In this document: positions 11,159 to 22,350 of the stretch, in pieces
How the letters are laid out: each line of letters opens with the position of its first letter
How positions within the stretch are numbered: position 1 is the stretch's first letter
Origin: Octopus sinensis
Lineage: Eukaryota
Length of the DNA: 64,000 nt
NCBI RefSeq assembly: GCF_006345805.1
Contig: NC_043005.1
Span: 32,240,001-32,304,000 of the forward strand
Direction: 5' to 3'
Position numbers and translations under genes: made by a program
Notes under the pieces: model-generated
The model's input: only the letters and a program-made list of their open reading frames with translations
Database searches by the model: none
What the model was told of the DNA's origin: nothing

Positions 11159-11277
11159 CTGTGTTGGTATCTTCTTTATCTACATTCTCATCCTTCCCTA
11201 AAATTTTAGCTGATCCAAAGTCTGTGATCTGTATATGCATTTTTTCATTAAGTAATATATTTTCAGGTTTCAAATCC
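11159..11277 (-). CDS. PDPK1: PDK1 exon 6 ([39 protein letters not shown])
   Basis: tttag acceptor and gtaaat donor, 119 nt, phase 2/1. Contains the catalytic loop and DFG. Confidence 0.96.
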
Positions 11278-12388
11278 CTAAAATATTAAAACAAAATATC
11301 ACAGATGGTAAAATAATTCCACTCTGATTTTTTTTTTTTTAAATTCTCTCTATGAAAAGCAAGTAGGTCTAACAAGAATGTACTAAAGCTATCTTGACCA
11401 CAACAATTTTTTAACCTCAATAAAATAAAGAGTAGTTTAAGTACTTTGAAATAGACTGTTCAATGCTTCAGAAATTTGTTGTTTTATACCAAGGTTGAAA
11501 AAGGAGAAGATAACTTTTTAATCTATCAAAGTTTTCTAGTATGAATCTAGCTTGGGATATCCAAGTACATATCCAGAAATAAGACACCTCATTATGATAG
11601 TGGACCAAAGGGATTTGAGAGGTAGAAAAATTATATTCTTAGTATTTCCATAGGTTTATAAGTTTATGTAGATTTTTTTTTTCTTTTTCTTTTTAGATCT
11701 TTTGCAGACTTCATTCAGTTATGCAACCCCATCTTCAGAAAATTTGCATCAACAAAAGCAGAAGTAAAATTACAAGAAATTGTGAAAATATTATGTCAAA
11801 CAATCATTTAATGTCCATGATATTTAACAAGTATCATCATCAATGTCATCATGTAGTGTCTGTTTTTCATACGGGCATGTATTGGAGAATTTGACAGAAC
11901 CTGATGGGCCCAAGGATTGCAATATGCTCCAGTATCTGCTTTGAAATGGTTTCTATAACTGGATACCCTTCTTAATGCCACTCACTTTACAGTATATATT
12001 GAGTGCTTTTATTTTCATCTTACCAGTGCAAATGAAGTCACTACACAGCTTTACATTAGGAGATGAGTAAAGATGAGAGAAGGATCCAAAGCATCTTGCT
12101 TACATGACTAAAACATATTTTAGAAAAGAGGATGAAAGTGATTTTATGTAGCTGTAAAGAGATGAAACCAGGTGCCAGGTGGACCCTCAAAGGTATGAGG
12201 TGGGTAGAAGTGAGTAGGGACAGGAATGTGGGTAGGTGAAGGCTGCAAGAAAGTATAGGGGAGGGGAGGCAGACTAATTGATTTTGTAAGCTTTTCATTC
12301 AACAATTCCAAGAAGAGACTGACAAAGTTATGGATTTCTATATTCTTGCATGGAATACGATACACACAAATATAGAATATTAACAAAC

Positions 12389-12533
12389 CTGTGAATGATC
12401 CCTAAACCATTAAGATATTCCAGTGCAGTAACAATCTCTGCTGAGTAGAAGCAAGTGCTTTTCTCATCAAATGAGGATAATTTCCGCAAGTAATCCAATA
12501 GTTCTCCTCTACGAGCATAGCTGAGAACAAAAT
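12389..12533 (-). CDS. PDPK1: PDK1 exon 5 (YFVLSYARRGELL...GIIHR)
   Basis: ctag acceptor and gtttgt donor, 145 nt, phase 1/2. Confidence 0.96.
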
Positions 12534-13831
12534 CTAGAGTACAATTAAGGAAGATCATTGTAGATTACTTAAATTCAAGAATTTAAACAGTTTAACTCCG
12601 ATGTGTGTGTGTATACAATTAATTATAGCATATATCATGATAATCATTCAATGTCCACTTTTCCATGCAAGCATGGGTCAGACAAGATTTAAGGCAGACG
12701 TTCTTAACTGGATGCTGTTCCTGTCTCCAATCCCTACCTGCTTCCATGCAAGGAAATATTTTCCCATAGCTAACTAAATAGGTTTACAATCACCATTGTA
12801 ATGTTAGGCAGGGGCAGTTTCCACCAAATAAATCCACTCACTAGACTTTGGTTGGTCTGGGGCTCTAGTAAAATACATGAAGGGTGTCACACAGTAGAGC
12901 AGAACCCAAGACTGCATGGTTAGGAAACAAGCTTCTTAAGCATACAGTCACACCAGCATGTATGTGTGTGATCATCATTTAATGTCCATCTTCCATGCTG
13001 GAATGGGTTGGAGGCTTGACAGAAGCTGACAGGGCCAGGGGCCACACCAGGTTCCATAGTCTGTTTTGGCTTGGTTTCTACAACTGGAACCCCTTCCTAA
13101 AGCCAGTCACTTTACATTGTATACTTGGTGGTTTTACATGGCACCTTGGTTTTAGGATCTCAATTCTGTTGTTGTGGGTGGGTCTTCTTGAGTACAGCAA
13201 TGCACTACATCAGCCCTCTGTCACCTCCTTTGTAAGGCTCAGTGTTTTAAGATTGGCCTTCAATATTTTGCCCCATATTTTCCTGGGTCTCCCTCTTCCA
13301 CACCTTCCTTCCACTTCAAGTGATTGGTACTTCTTTATGCATTAAGTGATAGGCACGCACGCACACACCATGATGTCTTTTCCATATTTACTGTCTTAGC
13401 AGTGTATATAATGCATTCAATAGATGCTTTTACAATAAAAAATATTCTTTCCATAGAATAGTTCCTGATTAATGATCATATACTGAATCAAGGATGTAAT
13501 CTTTTATCACCATTAAGCAATTAAATCAAACAGCTGAATGGATTATTGAATTCCAAGTTCAAAGGTCTCTATTTCAAATCCCCTTTAAGCTTTCATTGTA
13601 TATACAGGTTGTAACATCTATACACCTCAGTTTGTTAGTTACTATCAGATCACTTGGAAATGCCAAATGGAATAAACTGGTATCCTAGTCAGAGAATTTT
13701 AAGGGTTTACTTTGTAATCTTTTATCAAAATGATTTCTTAACTAGCTTCTTTATAGTATCTTGTTTGTTGGCTCTGATTTCTGGATTCAAACTTGATCAA
13801 CAATAGTTTTCACTCATATCCATAGTACTCA

Positions 13832-16075
13832 TTATCATCACCATCATCGTTGCTTAACGTCTGCTTTCCATGCTGGCATGGGTTGGACGGTTTGACTGAG
13901 GTCTGGCGAACCAGGCTCCAATCTGATCTGGCAAAGTTTCTACAGCTGATGCCCTTCCTAACACCAATCACTCCGAGAGTGTAGTGGGTGCTTTTACATG
14001 CCACTGGTACGAGAGCCAGTCAGGCGGTTCTGGCAATGACCACACTCAAAAGGTGTTTTTTATGTGCTTCCTGTATGGGAGCCAGTCCGGCGGCACTGGT
14101 AACAACCACGCTTGAATGTTGTTTTTCACGTGCCACCGGCACATGCCGGTAAAGCGATGCTGACACTGATCATACTCAAATGGCGCGTTTTACGTACCAC
14201 TGGCATGAGAGCCAATCCATGGTCCTGGCAACGATCATGCTTGGATATGCTTTTAATGTTCCACTGGCATGAGTGCCAATCATTGGCCACGACAGCGATT
14301 TTAATTTTGATTTCACTTGCCTCAATAGGTCTTCGCAAGCAAAGTTTATTGTCCAATGAATGAGGGGTACTCATAAGTGGGCTGGATACACCCACTGGCA
14401 ATGGTCTCTTCAAGCACAGCATATCACCAAAGGTCTCGGTCACTAGTCATTGCCTTGATAAGGTCCAATGTTCGAAGGTCGTGCTTCACCACCTCATCCC
14501 AGGTTCTCCTGAGTCTACCTCATCCACAGGTTCCTTCAACTGCGAGAGTGTGATACTTTTTCACACAGCTGTCCTCATTCATTCGCAACACATGACCATA
14601 CCAGCGCAGTCATCTCTCTTGCACACCACATTTGATGCTTCTTAAATCCAACTTTTCTCTCAGGGCGCTTACACTGTCATGTATGCACATTGACATTACA
14701 CATCCAGCAGTGCACACTGGCTTCATTCCTTGCAAGCTTATGCATGTCCTCAGCAGTCATGGCCCATGTCTCACTGCCATGTAGCATGGCTGTTTGTACA
14801 CATGCGTCATACAGTCTACCTTTTACTCTGAGCAAGAGGCCCTTTGTCACCAGCAGAGGTAAGAGCTGTCTAAACTTTGCCCAGGCTATTATTATTCTAG
14901 CAGCTACACCTTCAGAGCATCCACCTCCACTACTGACTTGGTTCCCTAGGTAATAGAAGCTATCACCTACTTCTAGTTTTTCACCCTGGAATGTGACAGA
15001 AGCTGTTTTCTGCACATTTTCAGCGTTTATAGCACCTGAGCATTTGCCACATACAAAAACTATCTTCTCAGTTAGCTTTCCTTTGATATTGCTGCACCTC
15101 TTATGTGTCCATAGCTTACACTGGGTACATCTTATAGAGTTTCTACCTATGCCTTTTCTACAGATCGAGCAGGGCCATCTACCTGAAGGGATTTATGGTT
15201 TGTCTGCCTTCCTACTTATTAAGACTTTGGTTTTAGCTAAGTTGACTCTAAGGCCCTTCGATTCTAATCCTTGCTTCCACACCTGAAACTTTTCCTTGAG
15301 TTCTGATAGTGACTCAGCAATTAAAGCAAGGTCATCAGCATAGAGGACTCCCAGGGGCATCCTGTCTTGAATTCCTCTCTTATTGCCTGGAGGACTATGA
15401 TGAATAAGAGGGGCTGAGGATTGATCCTTGGTGGACCCCTACCTGGAATTCTTCACTGTACTTGTTGCCAACCCTCACCTTACTGACAGCATCCCTGTAC
15501 ATGGATTGTACAACTCCCACTAACCATTCATCTATCCCTAGTTTCCTCATTGACCACCAGATAAGTGATTGGGGGACCCTGTCAAAGGCTTTCTCCATGT
15601 CAACGAAAGCGATGTACAGAGGTTTATCTTTGGCAAGGTATTTCTCCTGCACCTGTCTTACCAGACTGACTCTCTCCCTAATTAGTTGGCATCACCTTTA
15701 CCTTTGTAGCAGTTGACTATGGTTCTACTACACCAGTCATTGGGTATGACTCCTGCATGTATCACCTGGTTAACTATACGGGCAACTAGGCTATAGCCAA
15801 CACTGCCAGATATTTTGAGCATCTCTGCGATGATTCCTGATGGTCCGGGGCCTTTCCCTGTCTTCATACCCTTAATTGCTTTATCTACCAAGGTACTGTC
15901 AATTCCGATAGCTGGTTCCTCTGTTGGGTCAGCATTCGGTAGACTCTCTTTCTCCCATTCAGTCTCTTTATTTAGCTACCTTTCATAGTGGCGTCTCCAA
16001 ACCTCTCTCTTTGCAGCCTTGTTTGATGGAAGTGAACCATCATCTATGCAGACACATTTCTCTCCTACATCACAA
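13832..16075 (-). mobile_element. RTE-clade LINE relic with RT domain (same family as 8972)
   Basis: Contains GPGPSG, FVDMEKAFDRVP, HQGS, YADD, YLG and MLHGSETW motifs, with stops, frameshifts and an internal deletion near 15660. The 3' UTR and tail are at 13832-14400. Confidence 0.92.
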
Positions 16076-16935
16076 TTCTCTCTTACACACTGCCTTGCAA
16101 CACAAAGATGAAATAAGTAGCACTATTGTATTAGGTTTGGTTAAATAAAACCTGACAGGTCATACAAAGAAAGCAATAAGGACCACATATATGAACAATC
16201 AATGAAAATTTATGTTTATATCTTCCTCAATCTCTCCTACATTAGTAATAATACAAGTGTTGGTTCTGATTTTACTGGCCCAAAATTTTTATAAACCTCA
16301 CACAAAATACAGAATGACAAAAACATCAATTGGAAAGAAAGAACTAAATATTTTTGAAAAGGTTAAAAAAAAAAAGTTAATGCAATGACTAATAAGTTTC
16401 TTATTGTTTAACTATATGTTAGTAACTGTATGTTGGATATTTTCTATGATCAAATGGACATTTGACACTTAAAGATCCTTTACATTGTAATGTTGCATCT
16501 ATTTATTTTGGAGAAACTTCATGGATTGCCTTTGGCATAACTGAACAAGCTTGCTTAGGAGACAAAAAGTACAAGATTATTGGAGGTTGAAGCAAGTGAA
16601 AAGATACTATAACATGTCAGTAAGATGAAGTCCAGGGTCAGAATCATTATAAAGGAAAGGTAAGAAAGATGGTGAGAAGTAATGGATTGTGTAAAACAGA
16701 ATGATGAGGTAATGGAAGATAGAAGAAATGACAAATGAGAATTATGATTAATGGTACAAAAAGAATTAGAAAAGTTAGCCAATCAAAGGAGATAACAAGC
16801 ATCACTGTTATTTCAGTAGAGGAAATGTTGAGAAATTAGAGATGTGAAAATGTAGAGAGAGAGGGGATGGATCCATGAAACAATTACTATATCACAAGTA
16901 GCAGCAGCTAGGGTTATCACATTATTGAAGGATAC

Positions 16936-17073
16936 ATAATCTGTCAGTGTCTTGAAAGGTATAGTACAACCGTATAAAAAATGGATGGTTGATTCTGGCC
17001 AACACTTCCTTTTCTCTCATAACATATTGCGTTTTTTTCTCTCGTAGGATGTGCTTTTTCTCCAACACTTTGA
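16936..17073 (-). CDS. PDPK1: PDK1 exon 4 (IKVLEKKHILREKK...TFQDTDRL; catalytic Lys, alphaC, PIF pocket)
   Basis: ttcag acceptor and gtatcc donor, 138 nt, phase 1/1. Confidence 0.96.
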
Positions 17074-19070
17074 CTGAAAAGCAAAACAAAATATAATTAC
17101 CAAATAAAAAAAAAAAACTTAGAAGAATAAAAATCAATATAAGATATTGAATGGACAAAATTTGAAACTTTATAAGTGTCAGAAATATTGGTTGAGTGAA
17201 AGTTCTTTCCATATCACAAATTTTCTTGATTGCTTTTCATTCTCTACAAGAATCACACCTACATTATCACCTTTATATTGTTTAAATTTATCAATTCAAG
17301 AATTCAGGGAAATTGGAACAATTTTGTTGTTAGCATTTGACCATCCTTATAGCTCTTATTCTTTAGATTTTAGTTTTTAAAATAATGTCCTAAGGTTTGG
17401 AATGTAAGTTTCCATATTGTTGAAGCTATCTGGCTGCTACAATAGCACACTTGATATAACTTTCTAAATTAGTAAAATTTTAGTGAAACCATTTGATGGG
17501 AACATGTCACTGCAGTGGTTATAAACCATATTTTATATGGAGGCATTGAAGAAGCAATATAAAATCTACCAACAGAACTGCTAAATGTTCTCAGACAAAA
17601 CCACACTTCCAACTTTCAAACAACTATTTGTGTTTTGGAGTTCAAGACATTATGGTCTTCTTCATGCCTACATCACCTTTATTGTTAGACTGAGTGGCAA
17701 TGAGGGTGAGTAAATAAGTGGGTGAAATCAACATTCTGTTACTGAAAAGAGCAAGAGTGAACAAGGGAAAGGGACATTCTATGAGGGTTATAAAAAAAGT
17801 GAGAGACATTTTGAAATGGTTGCAACAGACTGCGGCCGGACTGAAACCTCAGTTTCATTTAAACACGAAAGCCATCAGTAACGGTGTAACTTCACCTTCA
17901 GTGGCACCCACCATTTCATTTCTACAATATATTACAACACATCAAGTGAATTCAATTCTAGATGTCAGCACAATTAACAAAGAGGAGGGAAGAATAGGGC
18001 AACAAGCAGCTCAGGTTTATAGCGAAAGACGTCCAGCAAGTCTATAAAATGTAATGTGGCACTGCAATATTGAGCAGCGAAGAGTCTATTGATGACAAAA
18101 ATAAAACTAGTTTGCCATGAGAATCTATGCCAAAGTCAGTCTAGACAATATAAAACACACACGTGTATGTGCAAGAACATTGAATTATATGAGCTTAAAT
18201 GTGCAGAGAATAAATTAATAATAAAGTTATAGAGAAACTGTAACAGCTTGTGAGAGTCACAATAGATTACAAGACCACCCACACAACCACACATTAACAA
18301 ACACAAATCTCAATCACTATACTAGATCTGTCAACACAGTGCAACTGCAGTCTGGCTGCAGTGCAACAAGCTAGCTGTTAACTGACCAACAGTTCACACT
18401 TAAAGAGAATGGTACACTAAAAGCATGCCAGGAATTCAGATAATAGCAATATAAATATTTGAAAAGAGGGGAGCTGGGGAGTTGAGTTGTTAGCATTTTA
18501 AATTATATTTCACATCTTTTTTTTTTTTTTTCTATATTCATATATTTTAAAAATCAAGTATTTTACTTAGATTCTCAATTGGTATGGTGCATTGAAGCTT
18601 GTCACTGTTTAGCAACCAAAATTCAAAACAGTATTAGGAACTGAGAGTAGAAGAATTAGTTGTTTTGATTAAATGTGTAGTAAGTGACACTGGCTTTTAT
18701 ACTGCCTAATCATATGACTTAATCACTTGATTCTGCTGTCCAAAACAGTGCAATATTGGAATCTTGACAACATTTCTCGATTTTCCAAACTTCTGGAGAT
18801 GGAATAATTCAAAAGTGATTTTCTAAATCCAAAACCATGTCAACTTTTGATCCCTGACTGAGACAATATTAATTCTAGGTGAGATATCTTCAGTGGAATT
18901 GGTGTAAAGAAAATGAAAGGTAAATGTCACTCAGGACAGAACAGCTGGTTATTACAAACAACATACAATAAATCATAAGAAAATACCTGCATCTGCTATT
19001 ACCAACATAAAAACTCTGATGCATACAAAACTATATCTGGTAGGAAACATGGACACTATGCTGGCTGTGC

Positions 19071-19978
19071 TAGGTGGTATCAAAAAGTTGCAGGACTAAT
19101 CCTGTGGTGCGCCAACAAATGGCACACAGTTGCACATGCAGTGAGAGCTAGCAGTAGCCTTCATAAGGCAGTGTGCTGAGTGACATCACTGTGTTTACTG
19201 AGCAAGTTGTGAAATTTGTGTTTTTATGATCACATATATGTCGTAATCTGCAATTTTATGATGGATAGGAACAGAAAGCCAATGTGAAAGTTTGCATTAA
19301 ACTTGGAAAGTCTGCTACAGAGACATTGAGTATGCTTTGGCAAGCGCACAGTGATGAGGCAATGGGTCGTACACAATGTTTTGAATGGCATGGGTACTTC
19401 AAAAGCAGAAGAACATTCCTGGAAAACGATGAGTAACCTAGAAGACCTGCCACAAGTGTCATCCCTGGAATTGTGCATTGAGGATTTGTCCCTCAGGATC
19501 AGGCCGTCAACTGAGATTTCTACTGTGACATTTTGAAGCATTTCACCAAGGATATTTGGTGAAAGTGACCGGATCTGTGAAACGCAAAGTATTGGATTCT
19601 TCACAACAATGCACCCAGTTGCTGAGCTCTCCTCACTCGTGAGTTTCTTGCCAAAAACCACATGATATTGCTTTCGCATTCACACTATTTGCCAGATTTA
19701 GCATGTGGACTTCCATTTCTTCTCCAAGATGAAAATGCAACTCAAAGGTTGCAGTTTTAACACAGTTGTCAAAATCAAGAGTGAATAGCAGGCAGTCCTT
19801 GATTTGTTTATGGAAAACAACTTCCAGGCTGGATTCCAAAAGTGGTAGGAACACTGGGACCAGTGTATTGCTGCACAAGGTGACTATTTCAATGGAGATT
19901 ATGTTAAAATTAAGGTAAATAAGTTATTTTATTTTATTAAACATAACTAGTCCTGGAACTTTTTGATACCATGTTGTA
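19071..19978 (+). mobile_element. Internally deleted mariner transposon
   Basis: TIR pair TGGTATCAAAAAGTT(G/C)CAGGACTA at 19075-19098 and 19948-19971. Decayed HTH (IKLGKSATETLSML...TQCFEW) and DD34D-region remnants are present. Confidence 0.8.
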
Positions 19979-20174
19979 ACACATCTGTAAATGAACCCTA
20001 AAGACAGCATATCAGAGTATATTTGATGGTTTATTCTATCTTTCTAGGAATTTCAGTTGGAGTATGATCACATGAATCAATACTGAGGATTACATTAAGC
20101 TAATTTCAACAGCCTCAATAAGATAAACAGCAAAATAGACCAGACCATGTAAAGCATTCTCTTTTGTTTGCTTT

Positions 20175-20720
20175 CTTCCTTCTCTACATCAATGACCAAC
20201 TCACTACCACATCTAACAAGGACATAACCTTACACTCCTCCTCTACTTAAGCAGATATAACCTTACACACCTCAATTATCTACACCAAACCTGCATATAT
20301 TCCATAAACAAAGACCTTGAGAGACCCAACACCTCTGGGGTCATACCAACCTTATGTCTTAACAGTAAACAAAAAAAAAAAAAAGCTTAAGCACTACTCA
20401 TAATAAAAAACACCACTGCACCACTCTCTCCCAACTAACCATGAACAGTATTTAGCTAGATCCCTTACAGTTGCTCTCTAAATGCTGGTTTCACAACCAT
20501 TGAAAATCTCTTCTGGTAAAATGAAAATCCTTAGAATAACTAGGACCACTTCTGAAAAATTGCTTTTTTTATTCTGCAGGGCCAGAAAACATTTCAACTT
20601 ATCAGTGGCTGACATTCTACAAGACTCAAGTGATGTCCACAACTGAGCACTGCTCCCACATCTGGCACCATGCTGCTGCTAAAACCATCCCGGATCACAT
20701 CCAGAGAAGTATCATTCATC
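20175..20720 (+). mobile_element. Highly decayed non-LTR RT fragment (CR1/Jockey/I-like)
   Basis: FLYIND, RARKHF and TEHCSHIW-like remnants across frames. A similar relic may lie at about 2800-3230. Confidence 0.45.
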
Positions 20721-21235
20721 TCATCCAATCACTAGCCTAGATTCATTCCAGCCTCTGACCCATAAGAATGCAGTTTCTTCTGTCTTTTCTATCATTACTA
20801 TAAAGATAACTGTTCCATGGCATGGCTGGTCTCATTTCTCCACGATTCAGACACCCAGGATCCACTTGTTACTCTTGGTGTACCCTACACCTTTGGTTCC
20901 CACAAACTATTATGCCCAGTCCTTTCTCCCCAGAACATCAGCACTCGGGAATCTTTTCCTGTTATCATTATAAACAGCATTAATGGTATCAAGCTCACAA
21001 GAATTGGATAATACTTCTTCCTCCAGACTCAACAAGTAAAATAATGATCCTTTGATTCTACAATCTACCATCCTGTATAATTGTGGGGGCAGGGAATCAT
21101 CCCTAAACATTTATCTGTATAGGGAAATGCCAAAGCAAGCAGCCATCAATTATTTAACTCATTATAGAAAATATTTTAAAACATACACAAAAAAGTAACA
21201 CCATTTTATTAAATAAAGGCATTATATGAACATAC

Positions 21236-21278
21236 TTGCATATTCCTTTTCTGTATTGATCTCCTTGGCCAAATATAC
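21236..21278 (-). CDS. PDPK1: PDK1 exon 3 (VYLAKEINTEKEYA)
   Basis: ttcag acceptor and gtatgt donor, 43 nt, phase 0/1. Homologous to VVLARELATSREYA. Confidence 0.95.
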
Positions 21279-21399
21279 CTGAAGATATAAAAGTAAAATT
21301 GAAATTAGTTATAAAGTGATCTAATTTTACATTTTATTAAAATTTAATCCTGGTATATAATTCCCATAATAATCGATGACTTCCATTTAGTCATCAGTT

Positions 21400-22350
21400 T
21401 TTTTTTTTATTCCATTGGTGAAAAACTCATTTGGTTTTGATGAGAAGGAAGAGAAGTCGGTTTTAACCTCTTTGGGCCTTTGGAGTACCAATCCATCTAA
21501 ATGATTCTTTAGGCTTCAAAACATGGTAATCAGAAGGAGTGAGGTTGAAAGAATAAGGTAGGTGAGAGATTTTTTCCCAGCCAAGTTCTTGATTTTTTTC
21601 TGATGTAATTTGTACATTATCATGATGAAACCCCACACCCTTATGATTCCCCAATGCAGGCTTTTTTTCCTCTCAGAGCAGCATCCAAATGCTCTAATTG
21701 TTAGTAATAGGTGTGGGCAGTAATTGTTGCATTAGCTGGTAGCAGCTCAAAGTGGAGGACTCCAGTGCAATCCCGCCAAACAAAGAACCATTTTTGCATG
21801 GAGTCCTTTTTTGGGTTGTGGCTTAGCCTGTACTCCACAATTAAGACATTGCCTGCATTGCTTAACATTTTCATAAAAAATCTACTTTTCATCACCAGTC
21901 ACTAATCTGTCCAAAAATGGCACAATACATTCACGAGAGCGAAGAGATGAGCATATGTCCACTCGTGATTTTCAGCAGGCTTCTGTCAAACCATGGGGAA
22001 TCCATTTTCTGAGTTTGGGCACCTTTTCAAGCTGTTGAAGATGCCAGTGAACAGTTGAATGGTTTGAATTGAGCTTGCTTGCAAATTCTTCAACTGACAC
22101 ACCATTATCCTTCTGAAGCTCTAACAAAAGAAGCCAATCCTCAAATTCAACAGGGCGTTGTATTTGTGGCCTCTCTCTCAGGCTGAGATCACCATTTTTG
22201 AACTCTGCAAAACATCTTCTATAACTTCTTCCATTCAAGTACTCTCCCCAGAAGTGGATATTTTGGATTGCTTCTGCTGCACAGTTCCCTTTTTGAACTC
22301 AAAAGCATTATGTGCCTTAAATGCTCCTTCAATACGTTCATCTTTGAAGG
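21400..22350 (-). mobile_element. Decayed mariner (Hsmar1/SETMAR-like) transposase
   Basis: Fragments include FKNGDLSL, KLRKWIPHGLT, VLHFELLP, FHHDN and PYSFNLTPSDYH. Confidence 0.85.

Noticed and set aside
18345-18363. ACTGCAG-N5-CTGCAGT hairpin
   Set aside because: A 7-bp stem is expected by chance in 64 kb.
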